Assembly: GCA_963700155.1 (NCBI GenBank)
Contig: OY969472.1
Location: 808,690-872,689, forward strand
DNA: 64,000 nt
Source: an uncultured bacterium
GTDB taxonomy: Bacteria > Patescibacteriota > Dojkabacteria > J137
Direction: 5' to 3'
In this document: positions 38,201 to 47,193 of the stretch, in pieces
Layout of the letters: each line of letters starts with the position of its first letter
Numbering within the stretch: the first letter of the stretch is position 1
Position numbers and translations under genes: made by a program
The notes under the pieces: generated by a model
The model's input: the letters and a program-made list of their open reading frames with translations, nothing else
Told to the model about the DNA's origin: nothing
Database searches by the model: none

Positions 38201-38967
38201 CCTCCAGAAAGCGATTCATTTTCTCCACGGATATTAGAAAAGTTTATTCCACTTCCGGATCCATATTTAAAAATTCTTGCTTCAGTTGTAACCATATCAA
38301 AAATACCACCTGGGTTTACCAAATCATCGTTTATTGAAAGAATAAAGCATGCATGTGGCTGCCCCCTAGTATAGGCATCTTCAGATTGTTTAACTTCTTT
38401 TGTTTCAGGATCAACATACCAGTGACCTTGAGGTTTCCCAGTAATATTATATGCATGAGAAAGACCAGTGTTAAACCATTGTGGGCTGTTTGGGGCAGCC
38501 ATTTGGGTCATAAGCATATAAGATACTTCATCTTCAAATGATTGTCCATCTTCTTTTGAATCAAAGTAATTATATTTTTCACCCCACCATCTCCAAGTCG
38601 AGGCAAGCCTATTTACAGCCTGTTTTACTGAAGTTTCTGCTCCTAAAATAGGCTTGCCGTTCTTATCTTTTTTTAATTCGCCTTTTTTATTGTATTGAGG
38701 AACTCCTTGTTTTCTGAAGTATTTTTGAGCAATTATATCTGTTGCAATCTGGCTCCACTCTTTTGGAATTTCAATATTATTCATCTCGAATACGACTGAT
38801 CCATCAGGATTAGTAATTTTAGAAGTTCTATATTCAAATTCTACATCTTTATAAATATCTTCACCTGTCTTTGTGAACATTCTTTTTATTTTCAATCCCT
38901 TCTTCCCAATATTAGTTTTAATTCTTTTATCAATATCTTTTTTTGTAACTATAGGATCTGTGGCCAT
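35263..38967 (-). CDS. nrdJ: ribonucleoside-triphosphate/diphosphate reductase, class II (adenosylcobalamin-dependent), long form with C-terminal Cys-rich zinc ribbon
   Basis: Class II signature …[37 protein letters not shown]…, active-site [10 protein letters not shown], C-terminal CSNCGG…CLVCTDCG. 1234 aa with no intein signatures. Confidence 0.85.
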   Translation of the reverse strand: [1234 protein letters not shown]

Positions 38968-39015
38968 GATGCATCTATCAATAAAATATAAATTAGTTTC
39001 AACTATAATAAGTTT

Positions 39016-39462
39016 TTAAGTACTTAATCTTTCTAGTTCACTTTGAACCTCTTCTAAGCTTTTAAATTCTTTGTAAACTGATGCAAAAAGTAATGCCGAT
39101 AACTTATCTAATTGTGTCAATTTTTTTAAAACAAGTTCCCCAATATAAACAGAGCTGATTGTTTGTTGATCATTGTTCATTAAAAGTTGCTCAACTTCTA
39201 AAACTAACTCATCAACTTTTTCTTCAGGTACTCCTCTCTTACTTGTAGCTTTTAAAACACCTCTTTTTAATTTTTCTCTATCGAATTCTTCAATTTTTCC
39301 GTTTCTTTTTAGGACATTGAGATTTACATTCTCAATTCTTTCATATGTAGTAAATCTTTTGCCACATTTTTCACACTCTCTCCTTCTTCGAGTTGCAGTT
39401 TCTGTATCTCTCTTATCTACTACTCTTGTACAGCTGTTGTTTTTACAAAAAGGACAAACCAT
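39016..39462 (-). CDS. nrdR: transcriptional repressor NrdR (zinc ribbon + ATP-cone)
   Basis: MVCPFCKNNSCTRVVDKRDTE…RRRRECEKCGKRFTTYE…, the classic NrdR N-terminus. 48 nt upstream of nrdJ, so an operon. Confidence 0.85.
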   Translation of the reverse strand: MVCPFCKNNSCTRVVDKRDTETATRRRRECEKCGKRFTTYERIENVNLNVLKRNGKIEEFDREKLKRGVLKATSKRGVPEEKVDELVLEVEQLLMNNDQQTISSVYIGELVLKKLTQLDKLSALLFASVYKEFKSLEEVQSELERLST

Positions 39463-39509
39463 TTCTATCTATAATTTATATCAAGTATACCTTTCTAACA
39501 AAATCAAAA

Positions 39510-39592
39510 CCTACAACTAATTGTAGGTAGTGTATAGACTACCTACTATATGTTGTGGTGTCAAATAGTTTCTCTCTACACACTGTTGTGGT
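39510..39592. promoter_or_regulatory. cluster of palindromes upstream of nrdR: cctacaa-ctaa-ttgtagg (39510-27), gtaggtagt-gtatag-actacctac (39523-46), and two NrdR-box-like 16-mers ctactatatgttgtgg (39543-58) and tacacactgttgtggt (39577-92)
   Basis: Read directly. The two 16-mers share a TGTTGTGG half-site and resemble the NrdR-box consensus (acaCwAtATaTwGtgt), with centre-to-centre spacing of about 34 bp. They lie 48-130 nt upstream of the nrdR start. Confidence 0.45.
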
Positions 39593-39944
39593 TAATGAAT
39601 CGCAGTTTCACATATTTTCCCCAGAGTATTTTGATGTTATAGGGTATCGATTTAATTTAAAATTTACAAAAGTTTTATAGTATTTAATTAAAACCGATTA
39701 TAGTGATTGGAATATCTTATAGTAATGTTTAGCTACATTTTTATTAGCAATTTTAATAACATCATTTTTTGTTGAGTATTTATGATCCAGAAAAGAGAAA
39801 AGAATAAGAAATATTTACAATACTTCTGAAACTTTCGTAGAAAGAATAGAACATAAATGTATAGTTGTCTAAAGGTAATATCAGCAGTAAGATATTAATT
39901 TCCTTTTTCTTCAGTTATAATAAAAACATTGTTAAATAAAATTT

Positions 39945-41366
39945 ATGAAGTGGTTTCATGCAATTGGTATATGCGGGAAAGCAACTTCAAATGTTGCAAA
40001 AATGTTTAAAGATATGGGTTGGTTTGTTACCGGCTCAGATTTACAATACTTCCCTCCAGTAAGTATCCAGCTTGAAAAGTGGAATATTCCAACAGTCGAA
40101 GGCTACAATTATGAACATTTAACAAAAGAATTTTGGAGCGAGAAACTGGGACAAGATAAAGCTTCAGAAATTCCAGATATACCTGATTTATGTTTAATAA
40201 TAGATACTGCTACTCCACTAAATAAAGAATATCTTTTTGCAAAAAAGAAAGGTATAGATGTAAGACCATATTCTCAAATTTTAGGTGAATATTTAGTAAA
40301 AGAAGAGTCAATTGTCGTTACTGGAACTGCAGGAAAAACAACTACTACAGCTTTGGTTGTAAGAATGCTGCAAGAGCAGGGTCTTGATCCAAGTTATATG
40401 GTTGGTGCAGAAGTTATTGATTTTGAACAATCATTAAGAAATACAAAAGGAAGATGGTCGGTTCTTGAAGGCGATGAATTTCATAACAGAGAAATTTCTA
40501 ATGGTGCTAAATTTTTAGAATATAAACCAAAATATTTAGTTATAACTAATATAGGATGGGAGCATCAGGATATTTTTCAGACACAGGACAGTTATATTTA
40601 TGAGTTTGCAAAAGCTGTTGAATTAGTTCCAGAGGATGGAATAATAGTGGCTCATGCTGGTGACGAAAATATAAATAAAGCCTTATCTGGGGCAAGATGT
40701 AAAGTTATAAGATATGGTGTTGATGCTTTGGGCAGCTGGAGTATAAAAAAATCAGGAGAATGGAACGCAATTTTCGATGATAAAGGAAGTTTGATAATGC
40801 AATTTCAAACTTCCTTGCTAGGAACTTATAATTTAGAGAATATTTTAGGTGCGGTAGCTTTAATAAAAACTATTCTGCCTGCTGTTGATTTAGATAAGAT
40901 CCAATATGCAATTGAGAATTTTAAAGGTCCAAAAAAAAGATTAGAGATACTTCATAAAGATGAAAGTTTTGTTGTTGTAGATGATTTTGGAGTTGCTCCT
41001 GAAAGGGCGAAAAATTCTTTAAAAACCTTAAAGGAGTATTTTTCGCAATATAAAATTATCGCAGTTTTTGAGCCAAATTCAGGAAGCAGAATAAGAGATT
41101 TAGAAACATTTAACCAGCTTTATAAAGGTACTTTTAAAGATGCGATGGAAGTAATAATTCCAGATCTCTCCACAACTAATAATGAACTGATAACTGCTGA
41201 AGAATTGGTTTCAAGACTAAAAGTTTTAGGTACAAATGCAATTCATGTACAATCATCTGAGCTTATGAATTATTTAACCGAGCTGAAAAATTCAAATCAA
41301 AAAATACTTTTTGTATTTTTCAGCTCTTATAGACTCACTGAAATTGCTGAAAATTTATTTAAATAA
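39945..41366 (+). CDS. murC: Mur ligase family protein, MurC-like (UDP-N-acetylmuramate--L-alanine ligase) or Mpl
   Basis: N-terminal MKWFHAIGICGKATSNVAKMF…GWFVTGSD (MurC-type Rossmann domain). Mur ligase P-loop VVTGTAGKTTTTALV. Confidence 0.65.
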   Translation: MKWFHAIGICGKATSNVAKMFKDMGWFVTGSDLQYFPPVSIQLEKWNIPTVEGYNYEHLTKEFWSEKLGQDKASEIPDIPDLCLIIDTATPLNKEYLFAKKKGIDVRPYSQILGEYLVKEESIVVTGTAGKTTTTALVVRMLQEQGLDPSYMVGAEVIDFEQSLRNTKGRWSVLEGDEFHNREISNGAKFLEYKPKYLVITNIGWEHQDIFQTQDSYIYEFAKAVELVPEDGIIVAHAGDENINKALSGARCKVIRYGVDALGSWSIKKSGEWNAIFDDKGSLIMQFQTSLLGTYNLENILGAVALIKTILPAVDLDKIQYAIENFKGPKKRLEILHKDESFVVVDDFGVAPERAKNSLKTLKEYFSQYKIIAVFEPNSGSRIRDLETFNQLYKGTFKDAMEVIIPDLSTTNNELITAEELVSRLKVLGTNAIHVQSSELMNYLTELKNSNQKILFVFFSSYRLTEIAENLFK

Positions 41367-41385
41367 TATTTTTTAGGATTGATTT

Positions 41386-41787
41386 ATGGACGATTATGAT
41401 CTTTTCTACGAAAGAATTCCCAATACACAAGAAGCTAGAATGTTTATTAGCTTACTAAAAAAAGCATGGAAAACAGATAATAGTGTCATTTTAAAAGAAT
41501 CTATTATAGAGATGTATAATTTATTACAAAGAACTCAAGATCGAAGAGAAACTCTTGAATTTTCTGGTATCAATTTAGACACTTTAGGTAATAGAGATAT
41601 AAAACTATGTTTAGAAAGAGGTGAATTATTTAGACTCCAGAAAAAAGCTCATAAATTATTTGGATCTCAAATGGATGATAAGTTTAATTATATAAGAGAG
41701 AGTCTTTATGGAATAGTTATTACATGGACTCGTGAGTTACAATTATATTTCCTTAGAGAATTTGGTATTAATCGTTTAGAAATTTGA
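41386..41787 (+). CDS. hypothetical protein (133 aa)
   Basis: ORF 20 nt after murC. No motif. Confidence 0.4.
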   Translation: MDDYDLFYERIPNTQEARMFISLLKKAWKTDNSVILKESIIEMYNLLQRTQDRRETLEFSGINLDTLGNRDIKLCLERGELFRLQKKAHKLFGSQMDDKFNYIRESLYGIVITWTRELQLYFLREFGINRLEI

Positions 41788-42024
41788 ATCCAAAAAAAGA
41801 TAGTAATACTTTTTACTTACTCTTTTACAATTTAGTTAAGCTCCCCCAGTTATTTCCTTCTACTTAATAAAATTACAATATGATTTTTTTTAATTCTTTA
41901 AGTTCTTTTTTAATATTATAATTATAAGTTTTTAGGTAAAAACTTGAAACTAAACTATAGGATATTGCAACATTTTAACTTTCAATCTTAAACTGAGACT
42001 ACTTTAGATTAAAAGTTTTGAACA

Positions 42025-42951
42025 ATGTCTTTAACCACAGCTCATGATATCCTAACAAAAATAAATATTCTTGATCCAGAAGAAAAAATCGCAGCTTCAA
42101 AACGCCACCCAAAAAATGAATTTCAAGCATATGCATATAAATTAGCGCATGATCTTAATGATCTTCAACATTTGCAAATTTATATGAGACTAGCAAAAAA
42201 TATAGATAGAGTTGTTATGGAAAAAGCATATTCGTTTGTTTCAGACAGTTCTTCAAATGATCGGGGAAGATTGTTTCTATGGAAATTAAAGCAGATCCGA
42301 AAAGATGAAAAAAGGAAAAGAGATATGAAAAACTTTGATTATGATTTTGTTATCTCTAGAATGTCTAAAGTCCGAGATATTTTATCGGAGTTAATTCGTG
42401 AAAAGGTTGAATCAGAATATTCAATAGAAGATAAAAAAATGTTTCATGATGTATTTAAAGAAGTTTTAAGTGAAAAAAAAGATTCTAAGCGTGGAACAAT
42501 TAAGATATTAATTTTAGGCTACTGCTCTACTAGACAGCTTGTTGATATAAAAACTGCAGGATTTAATATTTATGGAATGGAAGTTTCTAAAAAACTTACT
42601 AAGTTTTTAAAAAATACTTCTAAAGAACTGGATTTAAAGCTGAAGTGGGTTTCGAAAGATTTTCTGAAAAATTCTTTCGAAACCCACTTTTTTGATGCAA
42701 TACTAATTAGCAGCTATTGGTCAGTAGTTCCAAAGGATTCAGAAATAAGATTCCTAAAAGAAGTAAGGAAAGTTTTGAAAAAAAACGGGAAATTGATTAT
42801 AAATTCTAAGGCTTCAAAATCTGAAAAAGAAGAATGGAAAATTGTAAGATATAAAGGCGAAGATATTGAATGCTTTTATAAAAAAGAAAGTTTTTCAGAG
42901 TTAAAAGAGACTCTAGGTGTATTATTTAATTCAGTGATTTATTTAAAATAA
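42025..42951 (+). CDS. hypothetical protein with C-terminal class-I-methyltransferase-like fold but degenerate SAM motif I (ILILGYCSTRQ)
   Basis: C-terminal half shows Rossmann-MTase-like spacing (ILILGYCS…ELDLKLKWVSKDF…FDAILISSYW…VLKKNGKLIIN) but lacks GxGxG. Confidence 0.35.
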   Translation: MSLTTAHDILTKINILDPEEKIAASKRHPKNEFQAYAYKLAHDLNDLQHLQIYMRLAKNIDRVVMEKAYSFVSDSSSNDRGRLFLWKLKQIRKDEKRKRDMKNFDYDFVISRMSKVRDILSELIREKVESEYSIEDKKMFHDVFKEVLSEKKDSKRGTIKILILGYCSTRQLVDIKTAGFNIYGMEVSKKLTKFLKNTSKELDLKLKWVSKDFLKNSFETHFFDAILISSYWSVVPKDSEIRFLKEVRKVLKKNGKLIINSKASKSEKEEWKIVRYKGEDIECFYKKESFSELKETLGVLFNSVIYLK

Positions 42952-42968
42952 TTAATCTTTTCATTATT

Positions 42969-44639
42969 ATGGATAATAGTGAGTATATAGTGTCACATAC
43001 TGAGACTAAAGATACAGGAATTCGATTATTTAGTGTTAAGAATCCGCATAATGGTTTTTTACTTACTTTTGCAGAATTTAATCCAGATTTTGATGTACAT
43101 GTAAGTGTTGCTTGGACTGGTGCAAGAACTTCAAGGTCTGATGATCCATATAATCAGATTTTTCAAGAGGTTATGGATTTAGTACAAAGTGATCCAAAAG
43201 CTGCTGCTGAGAAAATAGAAAAATTTGGGCTAAACTATGGACATAGTTCTATACTAGGTATGGTTCCAATATTTTTATTTATAAATAATATTCCGATAGA
43301 AATGCCATTCTGGTTATTTAATCATACTAGTATTGGTGATGGTCAAGAATTATCCAGCAGATATGTTAACTTTAAAGATTTATCAATTACAGACATTGTT
43401 AAATTTGTTGATTTTGAGAAACTTAAGCTGGAGGAAAGAGAACTAGTTCGTAAGAAATGGATAGAATTACAAGAGAAAGCTGTTGGAAATTATGAAAAAT
43501 GGAAAGAAAAAGTTCGAGATAGATATATTAAACAATTTATGGATGATGATCAAAATATTAAGATTCCTGAAAGTACACTTACTGCTAGGGTTTTGGATAT
43601 TGCAAGAATGTGGATACCAATTGGAGCTACAACGTCAATGTGTCTTCTTGGTAATTTAAGAATGTGGAATGAGTTTATAAAGAAGCTTAAAGAGACTGGA
43701 GAGAAAGAGTATATTGAACTTGCAGATCAAATTAAATATTTACTTCAGCTAAAAGAAACTGATGAAGGAAAAGATATTCAGGCAAATCTTTCAGGTCTGG
43801 TAAAACATACTGATCCCAAATTTATTATTCAAAATAATTTAGATGATTTAAAAACTTATTTAGAGGATTTTCCTAACTTCCACAATTTTCTGTTGAATGC
43901 AAGAAAGAACTCTAGGGAATATGTTACTGAGACTAACGTCACTAAAGTCGAGTCTGTAAGTGTCGGAGAAATATTGGTTATGCAATATATTTTAGTTCTA
44001 TATCCATTCTTAGATGAGGCAGAAATATTAGCATTTTTAAGAACACTTACTGCTGAGGTTAAGAAAAAATTAGGTGAAATTATATTAAATAATCATAATC
44101 AGTTTGATTTAATGGGGAATATGGGAGATGTAAGAGGAGATGTGTATATAGTTGAAACAGCAATTGCTTATTTAAGGGACTTAAATAGACATCGAGCTAA
44201 TGGCAGAATGATAACTATGTTAGAAACTGAAGATGTTAACTCGCTTATTGATAATGGTTTTAATAAAAATTATCAACTTATGGAAACTGAGGGATTAAAG
44301 GATTTACTGCCTGAGTGGGAGTCTGATGCAGAGGAATATTATAATGATTTAAGATATTTACATGATTTATTGAGTGAGAAATTTCCAGAAGTTAATCTGT
44401 CATTTTTAAGAAAATTATTCCCATTAGGACATCAAACAAAAATGCATTTTAGTGCTCCAATAACCCAATGGAATTATCTTCTAAACCTAAGAAGCACAGG
44501 CGGAAATGATTTTGGTAATAGAAATATTGTATATAAAATTTTATTAAATCATAGACAAGATGAGTATCTAGCTGGAATGCTACCTCAGATAAATGAACCA
44601 AAGCCGAACTCATTGGAAGAATTTAAATCAAGAAAATAA
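42969..44639 (+). CDS. hypothetical protein (556 aa)
   Basis: ORF 18 nt after the upstream gene. No recognisable motif. Confidence 0.45.
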   Translation: MDNSEYIVSHTETKDTGIRLFSVKNPHNGFLLTFAEFNPDFDVHVSVAWTGARTSRSDDPYNQIFQEVMDLVQSDPKAAAEKIEKFGLNYGHSSILGMVPIFLFINNIPIEMPFWLFNHTSIGDGQELSSRYVNFKDLSITDIVKFVDFEKLKLEERELVRKKWIELQEKAVGNYEKWKEKVRDRYIKQFMDDDQNIKIPESTLTARVLDIARMWIPIGATTSMCLLGNLRMWNEFIKKLKETGEKEYIELADQIKYLLQLKETDEGKDIQANLSGLVKHTDPKFIIQNNLDDLKTYLEDFPNFHNFLLNARKNSREYVTETNVTKVESVSVGEILVMQYILVLYPFLDEAEILAFLRTLTAEVKKKLGEIILNNHNQFDLMGNMGDVRGDVYIVETAIAYLRDLNRHRANGRMITMLETEDVNSLIDNGFNKNYQLMETEGLKDLLPEWESDAEEYYNDLRYLHDLLSEKFPEVNLSFLRKLFPLGHQTKMHFSAPITQWNYLLNLRSTGGNDFGNRNIVYKILLNHRQDEYLAGMLPQINEPKPNSLEEFKSRK

Positions 44640-44644
44640 ATTTT

Positions 44645-45406
44645 ATGGCAGGAAATGGAAATTATTTACAAGAAAGATTTAATGGTGAGTCACAAAAACT
44701 CACTTATGAACCAATTGACCCCGATTATTTATTAATGCGGCCAATTTCAAATGCTATTATGCGTATTCAAGCTGGGAATGGGACTATGGAAGATCAAAGG
44801 TTATTAATGACCAATAAAGTATTTTTACCTATGCAGGAATTAAAAGATGTTTGTAAAAGTAAACCAATTATTTGTTATATAGTTGATCCAAAGTCAGGGT
44901 TAATATTTGCAGCAAATAATGGGACTCGTTCAAGAATACCTTATTGTGTAAGACATGCTCTTCAAACTGATCCGGAAAATTTATACAAAGAATGTATAAC
45001 TATATGTCATCAACCCGCACATGCAGAAGTAATGGCGATAATAAATTATCTTATGTGGACTGGAAAATTAAATGAAGAACAATTTAATCGAATATTCCCA
45101 ATTTTAGGAAAAGCCGATGATGAAGAGAGATTTGAAGTTGTCGATCACAACTTTTTACTACAATGTATAAAAGAAAGTAATATTAGTTTTGGGGATGGTG
45201 TTGAAGTTTATTTATATGGTCATGAGATTTGTTGTGATTCATGTGCTAAATTACTATTAGCCTTAGGAGTATCAAGTATAAAACTATCCCCAGAAACCCA
45301 TGAAGATGAAAAGATAAGAAGAACAAAGCTACATAATAAAATGACGAATAGTGATTTACAACATTTAAAAATACTCGCACAAAATACCACTATCCAAGAA
45401 AGCTAA
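44645..45406 (+). CDS. cytidine/deoxycytidylate deaminase-like zinc-binding protein (CDA fold), with N-terminal extension and long insert
   Basis: CHQPAHAEVMAI (H-A-E zinc/catalytic motif) and YGHEICCDSCAKLLLALGVSSI, resembling the (P)CxxCAKxI motif of dCMP deaminase/ComEB. Spacing between the motifs is about 75 aa, longer than canonical. Confidence 0.45.
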   Translation: MAGNGNYLQERFNGESQKLTYEPIDPDYLLMRPISNAIMRIQAGNGTMEDQRLLMTNKVFLPMQELKDVCKSKPIICYIVDPKSGLIFAANNGTRSRIPYCVRHALQTDPENLYKECITICHQPAHAEVMAIINYLMWTGKLNEEQFNRIFPILGKADDEERFEVVDHNFLLQCIKESNISFGDGVEVYLYGHEICCDSCAKLLLALGVSSIKLSPETHEDEKIRRTKLHNKMTNSDLQHLKILAQNTTIQES

Positions 45407-45414
45407 TTCATCAT

Positions 45415-45699
45415 TTACTCTCCTCTTGAAGTTGATTCTTCAAGCTCTTCGCCATCTTCAGGATCTTGAGGTTCTGAGTAACTTACAGTTGGTTCAGAAC
45501 GTTCTTCAATATCTTCTAACTCTTCTTCAGGCTCATCGCCACCTTCTTCATCTTGGCTTTCTAAATCAGTATCCATTTCCTCATCCATTTCACCATACTC
45601 ATCATCATTTACAACATCTTTTAATTGGTTTTCACCAACTTCATCCAAATTAGGATTTTTGACATCTTCGTTTGGAGTTGTTTTTACATCATCGTCCAT
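45415..45699 (-). CDS. hyper-acidic small protein (94 aa, ~40% Asp/Glu)
   Basis: MDDDVKTTPNEDVK…DEEGGDEPEEELEDIEERSEP…EELEES. The antisense His-rich ORF (45426..45653 +) is the mirror artefact of the GAA/GAT-rich coding strand. Confidence 0.4.
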   Translation of the reverse strand: MDDDVKTTPNEDVKNPNLDEVGENQLKDVVNDDEYGEMDEEMDTDLESQDEEGGDEPEEELEDIEERSEPTVSYSEPQDPEDGEELEESTSRGE

Positions 45700-45789
45700 A
45701 CTCTTTGTAATAATAATTAAGATAAACGATAATTACATTTATTCTATCAAAATTTGTATAATTTAAATATTATTTCAAAGAAATTTTAA

Positions 45790-46452
45790 ATGGATATAAA
45801 GCTTGAGGATTCATGGAAAGAAAAATTAAAAAGTGAGTTTGAGAAACCATATTTTAAAGAGCTTGTTGAGTTTGTAAAAAATGAATATCAATCGGAAACT
45901 GTTTATCCACCAGGTCCATATATTTTCAGAGCTTTAAATGAATGTCCTTTTGATAAAGTCGAAGTTGTAATAATTGGACAGGATCCTTATCATACGCCAG
46001 GTGTTGCCAATGGATTGGCATTTGGAGCTGCTGATGGTAAAAGAATACCACCATCATTATTGAATATTTATAAAGAGATTCATGATGAATTTGGGACCCC
46101 TATTCCGGCTTCGCCTAATTTGGAACGTTGGGCTAATCAAGGTGTTTTGTTATTAAATGCAACATTAACTGTTCGCAAGGGCGAAGCCGGCTCCCATCAG
46201 CATAAGGGTTGGGAAGAATTTACAGATGCAATAATAAAAACAGTATCGGATGATAAAGAAAATCTTGTATTTTTACTTTGGGGCGCATATGCTCAGAAAA
46301 AAGGTGCTGTAATTGACTCCTCAAAACATTTAGTCTTAGAATCAGCACACCCTTCACCATTTTCAGCTGATCGAGGCTTTTTTGGAAATGGTCATTTCAA
46401 AAAAGCCAACGAGTATCTTAAAGAGCATGGGAAAAAAGAAATCAAATGGTAA
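45790..46452 (+). CDS. ung: uracil-DNA glycosylase, family 1
   Basis: Motifs VIIGQDPYH (water-activating loop) and ESAHPSPFSA (HPSPLS-type leucine-loop region). 220 aa. Confidence 0.85.
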   Translation: MDIKLEDSWKEKLKSEFEKPYFKELVEFVKNEYQSETVYPPGPYIFRALNECPFDKVEVVIIGQDPYHTPGVANGLAFGAADGKRIPPSLLNIYKEIHDEFGTPIPASPNLERWANQGVLLLNATLTVRKGEAGSHQHKGWEEFTDAIIKTVSDDKENLVFLLWGAYAQKKGAVIDSSKHLVLESAHPSPFSADRGFFGNGHFKKANEYLKEHGKKEIKW

Positions 46453-46533
46453 CTTCTCTTTTGGAAAACTTTTGTATTGATTTTGTAAAAATAATGTAAT
46501 AGATTTGTAAAAGTAGTTAATAATTTAAAATTA

Positions 46534-47193
46534 ATGCTAGATACTTTAGGAAATCAAACTGATGAATACCCTAAGTATATTGCCCCTCCCCTAAATAATC
46601 CAATTCCAATCCAAGAACCTAATTTTATAAAAACTGAACTTTTTGATCCTAACTATTCTATTCCAGTTGATGATCCTAATGAAGATGTTCTAATAAAGGA
46701 GCCAGTTGTTAATCAAAAACTTAAACTTGAAATTCCACAAGATATTTTTGATTTATTAATGTATGAAGTATATTCAGATGGGAAATGCTTGGAAGTTGTA
46801 AACATTAATGGTGAACTAAGAATTGTTTTGGATGTCAATGTAAGTGACGAAATAAGAGAACCTCATCATATTTTCAATCCTCAAAAACCAAAGTGGCAGT
46901 GTCCAACGATTTTGATTGATGCAGCAAATTTTAATGGTTTAAGTATTCTTTATATGCCTATCATCAAAAATGATCAACATACAAAACTTCATCAAATTTT
47001 TAGAGATTCTCAGTTTAAATTTAATAGAATTAATAATTTGTTTTCTTATGCACATATTAAATTTCTTACTGATAATTTAGAATTATTGAGAGGGAAAATT
47101 TCTAAAAGAGAATATAATGCTTTAGTTTATACTAAAGAGTCATTAAATAATTTAAATTATTCTCCACTACTATACCCAGAATTAGAAATGTAA
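46534..47193 (+). CDS. hypothetical protein (219 aa)
   Basis: ORF track. No motif. Confidence 0.4.
   Translation: MLDTLGNQTDEYPKYIAPPLNNPIPIQEPNFIKTELFDPNYSIPVDDPNEDVLIKEPVVNQKLKLEIPQDIFDLLMYEVYSDGKCLEVVNINGELRIVLDVNVSDEIREPHHIFNPQKPKWQCPTILIDAANFNGLSILYMPIIKNDQHTKLHQIFRDSQFKFNRINNLFSYAHIKFLTDNLELLRGKISKREYNALVYTKESLNNLNYSPLLYPELEM

Noticed and set aside
35263-38967. Possible intein in the unusually long (1234 aa) class II RNR
   Set aside because: No intein block motifs are visible (a Cys/Ser after a conserved extein residue followed by …HN[SC] at the end). The extra length is explained by N- and C-terminal extensions, including a C-terminal Cys-rich zinc ribbon.
45426-45653. His-rich 75-aa ORF (+ strand) antisense to the acidic protein gene
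   Set aside because: It is a mirror-image artefact of the GAA/GAT/GAG-rich coding strand (Glu/Asp codons read as His/Leu in antisense), with no start context.
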